A stretch of DNA of 36,919 nucleotides. Source: Thermoanaerobaculia bacterium. GTDB taxonomy: Bacteria; Acidobacteriota; Thermoanaerobaculia; Multivoradales; UBA5704. The notes under the pieces are model-generated. The model ran no database searches. It saw only the letters and a list, made by a program, of their open reading frames with translations, and was not told where the DNA came from. This document shows positions 1 to 7,462 of the stretch, piece after piece. The stretch spans positions 1 through 36,919 of the forward strand of contig DASUNJ010000389.1 of NCBI GenBank assembly GCA_036277235.1, written 5' to 3'. The stretch's first letter is position 1. Each line of letters begins with the position of its first letter. The position numbers and the translations under genes were made by a program.

Positions 1-94
1 CGTGATGGACGAAGACGTCCGGCCCCTGCTGCCGCACGATGAACCCATAGCCCTTCGCGTCATTGAACCACTTCACTACACCTTGTTCAGCCAT
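1..94 (-). CDS. Cold-shock protein (CspA family), N-terminal part only; continues past the window start
   Basis: The reverse complement of 1-94 translates to [31 protein letters not shown], with the KGYGFI (RNP-1) and VFVH motifs of cold-shock domains. AAGGAG lies 8 nt upstream of the ATG (complement of 92-94). It is absent from the ORF track because it is truncated. Confidence 0.85.
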   Translation of the reverse strand, partial: MAEQGVVKWFNDAKGYGFIVRQQGPDVFVHH

Positions 95-468
95 ACTCTC
101 AGCTCCTTGAAACAAGTGTTTCCGTTTCGCCGTGTTGCCACGACCACCTCCGCCCCTCCCAAGAGGGACAAGAAAACAAGAAAAAGCACCCTTCAGCTCT
201 CCTCATCCGAACGGACCCTGCACCTCCGGTACGGCAACTTCTGCTGCAAGGAGCCGCTCGTCCGACATACCCGACCCGCTCGACTGACCCTGGCGCTCTC
301 GATGTTCCGCTCCCCTGTGCACTCCACACTCTCCGGGATTTTTCGATGCGTTTGGGTACAGTTGCTGCGGGCAAGGGAAATCAGGCGGGCAATGTCTTCG
401 AAACCACGTCCAAAGTCTGTATCCGAGTCGTTAAGGGGGATGGTGGCATCTCCCGAGGATAAAATCAA

Positions 469-524
469 GGGGGAGAGGTCAATTGATCCCATCCCCCCTC
501 TCCCCCGTGCCGGGGGAGAGGGGG
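469..524. other. Three mutually complementary G/C segments: GGGGGAGAGG (469-478), CCCCCTCTCCCCC (494-506), GGGGGAGAGGGGG (512-524). They can form alternative hairpins.
   Basis: Read directly. 494-506 and 512-524 are perfect 13-nt reverse complements with a 5-nt loop (gtgcc). 469-478 is complementary to 497-506. On the minus strand the 2:3 pairing is followed by TTGATTTTAT. Confidence 0.4.
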
Positions 525-546
525 CTTCCAGGGTAGAATTCCCTCC

Positions 547-1209
547 GTGACCTCGACCCGCATCCCCAGAAAGCTCGATCCGGCCGAGATCCGGGTGCTC
601 GGCTCGCTCCTGGAGAAGGAGCAGACGACCCCGGAGGCCTACCCGCTGACGGTGAACTCCCTCCTGCTCGCCTGCAACCAGAAGACGAACCGCGAGCCCG
701 TCATGGAGCTGACCGAGGGCCAGGTCGTCGAGGCCCTGGAGCGCCTGCGACTGGAGGTGCTCGTCTGGCGGACCGAGGGGGCGCGCAGCGAGAAGTGGCA
801 GCAGAGCGTCGTCCGCCGCTGGGGTCTCGACCGCGCGGGCAAGGCGCTGATGACGCTGCTCCTCCTGCGCGGTCCGCAGACGCCGGGCGAGCTGCGCACC
901 CGCAGCGAGCGCATGCACCCGTTCGCCTCCGTCGAGGAGGTCGAGGAGGCGCTGCAGCGCATGGCCGCCATGGACGAGCCGCTCGTGCTGGAGCTGCCCC
1001 GCCGTCCCGGCCAGAAGGAGATCCGCTGGACCCACCTGGTGGGCGACGTGGCGGAGCCGCCCGCTCCCCGGGTCCGCGCCCCGCTCGCCGAGCCGGAGCT
1101 CCCGGCCGGCCCCCTCCCCGGAGCGCTCTCCACCCGCGTCGCGAAGCTGGAAGAGATCGTCGCGAAGCTGGCCGAGGACGTGGAAACGCTGAAGTCGCTG
1201 CTGAGCTGA
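547..1209 (+). CDS. yceH: YceH family protein (DUF480/UPF0502)
   Basis: The 220-aa ORF has an N-terminus ([51 protein letters not shown]) that closely parallels E. coli YceH ([48 protein letters not shown]). The second repeat is [19 protein letters not shown]. It has a GTG start and no clear SD. Confidence 0.85.
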   Translation: [220 protein letters not shown]

Positions 1210-1300
1210 AGGACCAAAAGGACGTAAAGGACTCAAAGGACGTAAAGGACAAATCTCCGGTCCGGTGTCCTTTAGGTCCTTTCCGTCCTTTAAGTCCTTT
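1209..1300. repeat. Nonamer tandem-repeat array, locus A: 5 x (AAAGGACNN) followed by 4-5 x (GTCCTTTNN) in inverted orientation
   Basis: GGAC occurs at 1211, 1220, 1229, 1238 and 1247 (period 9). GTCC occurs at 1260, 1267, 1276, 1285 and 1294 (period 9 for the last four). The array fills the whole spacer between the convergent stops of yceH (TGA 1207-1209) and selD (TAA, complement of 1305-1307). Confidence 0.9.
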
Positions 1301-1304
1301 CCGG

Positions 1305-2357
1305 TTACACCACTTCGATCCGCGCCGGCCCCTCCAGAACCTCGCCGATCTCGGCAGCCTTGTGGCCTCCGGCGAGCAGGGCTTCGAGGAGCGGCCCGGC
1401 CTGCTCCGGCGGCGCCGCCAGCAGCAGGCCGCCGGAGGTCTGGGGGTCGAAGAGGATCTCTTTCCGCACGCGGTCCAGGCGGACGCGGTCGGTGAAGACC
1501 GGCGCGACGTTGGCCTCGTTGGCGTCGGTGCAGCCCGTGGAGATCCCCTTCTCGACCAGCCGGTAGAAGCCGTCGTGGACCGGCAGCCGCTCGAAGACGA
1601 TGCGCAGGCCGGCGCCGGATGCGCGGGCCATCCCCAGGGCATGCCCGGTGAGGCCGAAGCCGGTCACGTCGGTGGCGGCATGGACCCCGTGGGCGAGGGC
1701 CAGGCGGCTCGCCTCGGCGTTGAGGCGCTCCATCTCGCGCAAGACGGGCTCGAGGCCGGCCTCGTCGATCCGGTCCACCTTGAAGGCGTTGACCAGCACT
1801 CCCGTGCCCAGCGGCTTGGTGAGGATCAGGCGGTCTCCCGGCCGGGCGCCGGCGTTGGTGAGGAGACGGGCAGGGTCGGCCTCGCCGATCACGGCGAGCC
1901 CGAACTTGAGCTCCGGATCGCGCACCGAATGGCCGCCGAGCAGCACGGCGCCGGCTTCGGCCAGCGTCGCGGCGGCGCCTTCGAGGATGCCCTGGAGGGC
2001 CTGCGTGTCAGGATCGTCCAGGGGCGGGAAGCAGCAGAGGTTGAGCGCGAACAGCGGCCGGCCGCCCATGGCGTAGACGTCCGAGAGCGAGTTGGCCGCG
2101 GCCACCCGGCCGAAGCGGCGGGGATCGTCGCAGACCGGGGTGATGAAATCGGCCGTTGCCACCAGGGCATGGCCGCCGAGGAGATAGACGCCGGCGTCGT
2201 CCGCGGTCTCCGGACCGACGAGGATCCTCTCATCCCGTCCGGCGAGCCGGACGAGCGGGCCGATCATCTCGGAAAGGTCCCCCGGACCTATCTTGGCCGC
2301 TCAGCCGCCGGTCGTGGCGCAGGCGGTCAGGCGGAACTTGCGTCGAAAGAGTGCCAT
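1305..2357 (-). CDS. selD: Selenide, water dikinase (selenophosphate synthetase) SelD with in-frame UGA selenocysteine codon at 2301-2303
   Basis: The track ORF 1305-2267 (MIGPLVRLAGRDERILVGPETADDAGVY..., AIR-synthase-like SelD body) lacks the catalytic N-terminus. Reading the same frame upstream gives ATG (complement of 2355-2357) then MALFRRKFRLTACATTGG-TGA-AAKIGPGDLSE, exactly 30 codons in frame. G-U-A-A-K matches the E. coli GCGCK loop (Cys17/Lys20), with Sec replacing Cys. Confidence 0.88.
2272..2292 (-). promoter_or_regulatory. Candidate bacterial SECIS hairpin for the selD UGA
   Basis: Eight nt after the UGA the mRNA reads GAUAGGUCC-GGG-GGACCUUUC. This gives a 9-position stem with one U.U mismatch (6 contiguous pairs, AGGUCC/GGACCU) and a G-rich apical loop. 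The position relative to the UGA is as expected for bacterial SECIS elements. Confidence 0.55.
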
Positions 2358-2460
2358 GGCGCCGGCATTCTATAGAAATGATGTTGTTGTATCCTCCCTG
2401 AAGTCTCGCGCATCTTCGCAACTCCGGCTCGCGAGAGCCTTGTTCAGGGGAGAGTGAGCC

Positions 2461-3042
2461 ATGCGAAAGAGCCTCATTCTGGGTTCCGTCCTGCTGGCGC
2501 TGGCTGCCTGCCAGCCAACCGCGGAGGAGCCGGAGCCGGCCGCCGCTGCCTCCGATCAGCCGGCTGCCGCCTCCGAGCCCGCCGCCGAATCCGGCGCCGA
2601 TGCTCCTGCCGCAACCGTCTCCGAGCCCGCTCCGGCCGCAACCCCAGCCGCGGCAGGCGCCGTCCTCGCCAGCCAGGAGACGAACTGGCAGGGGGTCGTG
2701 GCCGAGGTCACCGAGTTCCGCCGCAAGGGGAACACGCTCACCGCCAAGGTCCGCCTGCGCAACCAGGGGAGCGAAAAGGTCCCGGCGGAGGTCATCTACA
2801 AGGAGGTCTACCTGATGGATCTCGGCGCGGGCAAGAAGTACCAGGCTCTTCAGGACGAGAAGGGCGCCTACATCGCCGACCTGAGGTCGGGCTGGAACGA
2901 CCGCTGGTACGGCGATCTCGAGCCGGGCCAGAGCCATACGATGTGGGTGAAGTTCCCGGCGCCGCCGGCCGAGGTCAAGTCGGTCACCCTGCAGGTCCCC
3001 GGCGTGCCGCCGTTCGAGGACCTGGCGATCCAGGACTCCTGA
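2461..3042 (+). CDS. Lipoprotein of unknown function (Pro/Ala-rich linker plus beta-rich domain)
   Basis: The N-terminus MRKSLILGSVLLALAACQ has signal-peptidase-II lipobox LAAC. GGGGAGAG lies upstream of the ATG. Its stop is 2 nt before the next ATG, suggesting an operon with the OmpA-like gene. Confidence 0.75.
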   Translation: MRKSLILGSVLLALAACQPTAEEPEPAAAASDQPAAASEPAAESGADAPAATVSEPAPAATPAAAGAVLASQETNWQGVVAEVTEFRRKGNTLTAKVRLRNQGSEKVPAEVIYKEVYLMDLGAGKKYQALQDEKGAYIADLRSGWNDRWYGDLEPGQSHTMWVKFPAPPAEVKSVTLQVPGVPPFEDLAIQDS

Positions 3043-3044
3043 CC

Positions 3045-3662
3045 ATGGCATCCCGGACGGCTCTCGTCACGGCAGCGGCGCTGCTGGTGCTGCCGGGTCT
3101 GTCGCGGGCCGCGGACCCTCCCTATGCCGACGCCTGGGACCCGGCCGCGCAGGCCGCGGCCGAAGCCGCCGCCGCGAAGCTGGGAACGAAGCGGGCGCTC
3201 GACGTGGTGCCCTCGGTGCTGGAGATCCGCGGCCTCCAGTCCGGCATCGTCTCCACCGTGCAGGAGGTCCGGCAGGCCATGCAGAACCTCGGCGCGACGG
3301 AGACGGACCTGGAGGTCCGGGTCGAGCTGCCGGCGGACGTCCTCTTCGACTTCGACAAGGCGGACATCCGCTCCGACGCGGCCAGCGCCCTGGCGCAACT
3401 CGCCACCCTGATCCGCGCCTACCCCTCCGGCAGCGCGACCCTCGAAGGACATACCGATTCCAAGGGGGACGACGCGTACAATCAGCGCCTCTCCGAGCAG
3501 CGGGCCGGGTCGGTCAAGCGCTGGCTCGTGGAGCGCGAGGGGATCGACGGGAACCGGCTCACGCCCCGGGGCTGGGGGGAGCGCAAGCCGGTCGCCGGCA
3601 ACGAGGACGATGCCGGACGCCAGCGCAACCGGCGCGTCGAGGTCGTGATCCGCAAGCAGTGA
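3045..3662 (+). CDS. OmpA-family (OmpA_C-like peptidoglycan-binding) protein
   Basis: The start was chosen at MASRTALVTAAALLVLPGLSRA (signal peptide) inside track ORF 2454-3662. The C-terminus is FDFDKADIRSDAASALAQLATLI...LEGHTDSKGDDAYNQRLSEQRAGSVKRWL...NRRVEVVI, the canonical OmpA_C motif set. Confidence 0.88.
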   Translation: MASRTALVTAAALLVLPGLSRAADPPYADAWDPAAQAAAEAAAAKLGTKRALDVVPSVLEIRGLQSGIVSTVQEVRQAMQNLGATETDLEVRVELPADVLFDFDKADIRSDAASALAQLATLIRAYPSGSATLEGHTDSKGDDAYNQRLSEQRAGSVKRWLVEREGIDGNRLTPRGWGERKPVAGNEDDAGRQRNRRVEVVIRKQ

Positions 3663-3695
3663 GCTTCTTTTTCTGATCGTCAACGGAGGGTCTCT

Positions 3696-4364
3696 ATGTA
3701 CGACAAGCTTTCGACGTCTCTCCTCGCCGAGTTCATCGGCACCTTCGCCCTGATCTTCATCGGGGCCGGAGCCGGCGCGCTCGGGGTCGGCGGGCTGGTG
3801 GGAGTCGCGCTCGCCCACGGCCTGGTGATCGTGGGCTTCGCCTACGCCTACGGGCACATCTCGGGGACCCACATCAACCCGGCGGTGACTCTGGGCGTCT
3901 GGGCCGCGGGCAAGATCGACACCACCCGCGCCCTGGCCTACGTGGCCGTCCAGCTCCTGGGCGGCATCGTGGGCGCGTTCGTCCTCTCCTGGGTGCTCGG
4001 CGAGAAGCGGGGAACCCTCGGCGCCACGGTCCTGGCGGAGGGCGTGAGCCCCGCCCAGGGACTGGTGCTGGAGCTTATCCTGACCTTCTTCCTGGTCAAT
4101 ACCATCATGAATGCCGGCATCAGCGGCAAGGCCACGATCCCCGCCGGTCTCGCCATCGGCCTCACCCTGACCTTCTGCATCCTCATGGGCGGTCCGCTGA
4201 CCGGCGCCAGCTTGAACCCGGCGCGCACGCTCGGCCCCGCGGTGGCGACCGGCAACTTCGCCGACATCTGGCTCTACTTCGTGGGGCCGATCGCGGGCGG
4301 GATGATCGCCGGTCTGCTCTACAAGACCGTGTTCGAGGAGAGGAAGCCCCCGGCCGCGCGGTAG
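3696..4364 (+). CDS. aqpZ: Aquaporin / MIP-family channel
   Basis: Two NPA boxes are present (HISGTHINPAVTLG and GASLNPARTLGP) in a six-TM-type hydrophobic profile. GGAGGG RBS precedes the ATG. Confidence 0.9.
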   Translation: MYDKLSTSLLAEFIGTFALIFIGAGAGALGVGGLVGVALAHGLVIVGFAYAYGHISGTHINPAVTLGVWAAGKIDTTRALAYVAVQLLGGIVGAFVLSWVLGEKRGTLGATVLAEGVSPAQGLVLELILTFFLVNTIMNAGISGKATIPAGLAIGLTLTFCILMGGPLTGASLNPARTLGPAVATGNFADIWLYFVGPIAGGMIAGLLYKTVFEERKPPAAR

Positions 4365-4365
4365 G

Positions 4366-5751
4366 TCATTCGGGCAGCACGTCCGGCCACCAGCCCCCGG
4401 GCCGGTTCACCGGCAAGGGGCAGGTGGCGTGGATGTGCAGCTCGTGCAGCATCCGGTGGTCGTGCCTCAGGTCCAGGCCGAAGCTGTCCGAGCCGTCGTG
4501 GCCCGCGCAGCGGTAGTGCGTGCTGCCCAGGGGGATGAGCAGGAGGAGGACGATCTCGGCCGCGGCGTAGGTCCACAGGCCGCGGGAGACCCGGACGGCG
4601 TGGCGGCTGCGGCCGAGGACGCCCACCCAGAGCACCAGCGGCAGCACCGCGGCGTGGAGGACGATCAGCGCCTGCCACATCATGATCGTGGTCGGGGAGA
4701 GGGAGAAGACCACGACCGCGGCCAGGAAGGTCCACAGCACGTACCCCTTCAGCCAGGTGCGGTCCGAAGCTCCCTCCGACAGCTTCTTTCGCCATCTCTT
4801 CCGGAACCGTCGCCAGAGCCAGATGTTGGCCAGGAGGGGGAGGACCAGGGTGACCGGGAGCAGCGCGCTGGTCACGTCCGAGACCCCGGCGCCCAGCCGC
4901 GCGCCCGTCTCCGGATCGAGGAAGTCCCCGAAGTCGAAGGCGAGCACCTTCTCCGACACCGCCAGCGAGGAGTAGCGGAACCAGTAGCCGATCCCGCGCA
5001 GCAGGGGGAAGAGGTAGAGGAGCCCCCGGCCGAGGAATCCCTTGTCCGCCTCGGTCAGGATGGCGGGCTGCCGCATCAGGTCCAGCACCCAGGGCACCAG
5101 CGGAAGCGCGGCCAGCACCGCGCCGAGGATGCCGCCCGTCCAATGCGGTTTGAAGTACCCCCGCCACCAGAGGAAGACGCTCGCGACCGCCAGCAGCAAA
5201 AAGGACGCGTGGATCTGGAACGCCAGCAGGAGCCCGGCCCCGAGCAGGAAGGATGGGACGAAGCGGGCGCGCTCGCGCTGGACCAGGCAGGCCCACAGGT
5301 GGACCGCGCCGAACAGGAAGAGGTAGTTCGGATTCCAGAGAAAGGCCGAGAAGTACATCCGCCACGGGTTCAGCCAGTAGAGGACGGAGAAGAGCACGCG
5401 CTCGCGCGGGCCGAAGACGCGGCGGAGCGTCCGGTCCAGGATCAGCCAGGCGAGCACGTGGCAGAACAGGATGACCAGGGTGGGAGCGCGGTGATCGCGC
5501 CAGAGCATCAGGGGAATGCCGACGAGCAGACTGGTGATCCCGCCCGGCGCCTTGCCGCCGGTGGACATCGGATTGCCGTAGGAGATCCAGCGGCCCTCGT
5601 CCGCGAGCAGCCAGCCCCGCCCCAGGAGGTTGAGCTGGTCCCCCCCGACCTGGCTGCGCGCCACCATGAAGAGGGAGATGGCCAGCCCGAGGGCGAAGAA
5701 GGCCCAGGTCAGGCGGGAGGCGGCGCGGTCGGAGAGGCGGCGGAGGTCCAT
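4366..5751 (-). CDS. Polytopic integral membrane protein, possibly a GT-C-type glycosyltransferase (function uncertain)
   Basis: The 461-aa ORF has at least 10 hydrophobic segments and a Cys/His-containing soluble tail. I recognise no diagnostic catalytic motif. The GT-C guess rests only on overall topology. Confidence 0.6.
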   Translation of the reverse strand: MDLRRLSDRAASRLTWAFFALGLAISLFMVARSQVGGDQLNLLGRGWLLADEGRWISYGNPMSTGGKAPGGITSLLVGIPLMLWRDHRAPTLVILFCHVLAWLILDRTLRRVFGPRERVLFSVLYWLNPWRMYFSAFLWNPNYLFLFGAVHLWACLVQRERARFVPSFLLGAGLLLAFQIHASFLLLAVASVFLWWRGYFKPHWTGGILGAVLAALPLVPWVLDLMRQPAILTEADKGFLGRGLLYLFPLLRGIGYWFRYSSLAVSEKVLAFDFGDFLDPETGARLGAGVSDVTSALLPVTLVLPLLANIWLWRRFRKRWRKKLSEGASDRTWLKGYVLWTFLAAVVVFSLSPTTIMMWQALIVLHAAVLPLVLWVGVLGRSRHAVRVSRGLWTYAAAEIVLLLLIPLGSTHYRCAGHDGSDSFGLDLRHDHRMLHELHIHATCPLPVNRPGGWWPDVLPE

Positions 5752-5781
5752 GGCGGTCCGGGGACCGCGGAAGGATACACG

Positions 5782-6339
5782 CTACTGGAAGAGGTACCGC
5801 AGAGGGATCTCCAGCCCCGGCAGCAACGGAGTGGTGAGGACGTCTTCGGCCGCTAGCTCCGCGGCCTTGCAGAAGGAGTCCCCTTCCGGCCGGAAGACGT
5901 GGACCCGGTCGGCCAGGGGATCGACGATCCAGTACTCGCTCACCCCCAACAACTCGTAGCGGGCGAGCTTCAGCCGCTCGTCGAGCTTGCGGGTGCCTGC
6001 CGAGAGGATCTCCACGACGAGGTCCGGAGCCCCCTGGATGTTCTTGTCCTTGAGGATCGTGGCGCGTTCGTTGGAGATGAACAGGAGGTCTGGCTGCAGG
6101 ATGTCATGCCGGGAGAGGAGAACGTCGATGGGAGAGGCAAAGACCTCCCCCAGCCTCCGCTGCTCGACGAATCCTCCAACTCGGATCGACAACCGCATCG
6201 AAACCCGCTGGTGCTTCGGGGTGGGCGCTGGGGACACGTAGTGCTCTCCATCGATGATCTCATGGCGTTGACCGTCCTCGGGGAAGAGCACGTAGTCCTC
6301 GTAGGTGAGCTTGCGTCGGGCTGTGTCTCGGATGGCCAT
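5782..6339 (-). CDS. Uma2-family (DUF820) PD-(D/E)xK-like endonuclease
   Basis: YEDYVLFPEDGQRHEIIDGE...ASPIDVLLSRHDILQPDLLFI...APDLVVEILSAGTRKLDERLKLARYELLGVSEYWIVDP is the typical Uma2 layout (D...E-x-L/K core). The start is placed at the internal ATG (MAIRD), which is preceded by GGGAGGGAAG. Confidence 0.85.
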   Translation of the reverse strand: MAIRDTARRKLTYEDYVLFPEDGQRHEIIDGEHYVSPAPTPKHQRVSMRLSIRVGGFVEQRRLGEVFASPIDVLLSRHDILQPDLLFISNERATILKDKNIQGAPDLVVEILSAGTRKLDERLKLARYELLGVSEYWIVDPLADRVHVFRPEGDSFCKAAELAAEDVLTTPLLPGLEIPLRYLFQ

Positions 6340-6428
6340 GGCGGCTTCCCTCCCTGGCATGTTACCACGAGCCTTCGCTTTCTCCCTTTAGGCAACACGC
6401 GGGCGGCTCCGGCTGGTACAATGATGTC

Positions 6429-6755
6429 ATGAGCCTGCCCCTCGCGATCGAGCCGCTCCCCTTGACCACCGATGCGGACGGCAACGTGCGGGTGGGTGGC
6501 ATCCGGGTGACCCTCGACACCCTCGTCGAGGCCTTTCACGAGGGCCTCACGGCTGAGGAGATGGCACAGCAGTACCCCAGCGTCGCTCTGGCGGATATCT
6601 ACGCGGTCATCGGGTACTATCTGCGAAGGCGGACCGAGGTGGAAGCCTACCTTGAGGAGCGCCGCCGAAAGGCGAGAGAGGTCCGGGAATGGAACGAAGC
6701 CCGGACAGACCCCCAAGGCATTCGCGAGAGGCTCCTCGCCCGCCGCCAACTGTGA
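6429..6755 (+). CDS. DUF433 domain protein (antitoxin-like HTH)
   Basis: GGIRVTLDTLVEAFHEGLTAEEMAQQYPSVALADIYAVIGYYL matches the DUF433 pattern (G.RI.v..v......G.s.eei...YP.L....i.aal.Y). Confidence 0.75.
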   Translation: MSLPLAIEPLPLTTDADGNVRVGGIRVTLDTLVEAFHEGLTAEEMAQQYPSVALADIYAVIGYYLRRRTEVEAYLEERRRKAREVREWNEARTDPQGIRERLLARRQL

Positions 6756-6828
6756 TCGACCCTCCTGTGTTGCGCCTCGCTGCCGAAGGCGAGTGGGAAG
6801 GGCAGGTCCTCTATCTACCTCTCTCTCC

Positions 6829-7434
6829 CTAGAAATCCCCCAGTTCCAGCAACCCGAACCGCGCCGGCTTGTGGAAGTCGGCGGGGTTCGTAAGAGTCGG
6901 AGACCAGCAGGTGAATTCGGGAGCACTGTCCCGCGGGCGCTCCACCCGGTAGAAGTTGGCCCGCCAGATCCTCGACGGGTTCTCCCAAGGAATCGAAAGC
7001 TCCGCCCACCAGTCCTGCCTCTCCGCTCCGCGCCCGGCTTCCCAATGGAGCCCGGGGCAATCCCACGAGACATCCGCGGTCATGTCCGCCCGCAATCCGG
7101 TGGGATTGTGGATGCGGGCGTCGAAGAGGACGCCGAGCGGGCTCACCTCGATCTCCACGTAGCGGACCGGGTCCTCCTCCCCCGGTGCGAGGAAGACCTC
7201 CACCACCTCCTCCTGCCAGAGCGGATCGTCCCGGTGCCGGAACGTCCCCCAGGCGTCCCGGTCCTCGCAGTCGAAGCGGACATGGAGGGCCTCGTCGTCC
7301 CAGCAGAGCCGGACGGCCGTGGCCTGCTCCGGCGCGCCGCTGCCGTCGGCCAGGGCGAGAGATACCGACGGGATCTCTTCCCATGGGCGCTCCGAACGGT
7401 GACACCGGGGGACGGTCCAGCGGGGGATGCTCAT
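6829..7434 (-). CDS. Carbohydrate-binding family 9 (CBM9)-like protein
   Basis: The internal start MSIPRWTV (complement of 7432-7434) lies within track ORF 6829-7839. WDDEALHVRFDCEDRD...PLWQEEVVEVFLAP...YVEIEVSPLGVLFDARI...WWAELSIPW...WRANFYRVER is typical of the CBM9-like/DOMON-like family. Confidence 0.7.
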   Translation of the reverse strand: MSIPRWTVPRCHRSERPWEEIPSVSLALADGSGAPEQATAVRLCWDDEALHVRFDCEDRDAWGTFRHRDDPLWQEEVVEVFLAPGEEDPVRYVEIEVSPLGVLFDARIHNPTGLRADMTADVSWDCPGLHWEAGRGAERQDWWAELSIPWENPSRIWRANFYRVERPRDSAPEFTCWSPTLTNPADFHKPARFGLLELGDF

Positions 7435-7462
7435 GCCATATACGGTAGACTGCCGCCGACCC

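Noticed and set aside
1209-1300. Possibility that the nonamer arrays or the 9581-9913 cluster are CRISPR arrays.
   Set aside because: The units are 9 bp with only 2 variable nt, so there are no spacers. The 9.6-kb cluster consists of inverted rather than direct repeats with irregular spacing. No cas genes are present in the window.
795-2375. Very long alternate-frame or antisense ORFs, for example 795-2375 (+), 701-1642 (-), 16399-18651 (+), 24887-26950 (+), 24810-26366 (-), 31214-33325 (-), 34961-36796 (-), 7852-9468 (-), 4429-5856 (+) and 20845-22359 (+).
   Set aside because: They are Arg/Pro/Gly/Ala-rich and low in complexity, with no recognisable motifs. Each lies opposite or out of frame with a gene that has clear family signatures. 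These are typical shadow ORFs of high-GC DNA.
2454-3044. N-terminal extensions of track ORFs: 2454-3662, 33199-35031, 6829-7839, 17275-18837, 23014-24105 and 24117-24794.
   Set aside because: The extensions overlap better-supported genes or repeat regions and are compositionally biased. Internal starts give proper signal peptides or lipoboxes, or RBSs, so the shorter models were used.
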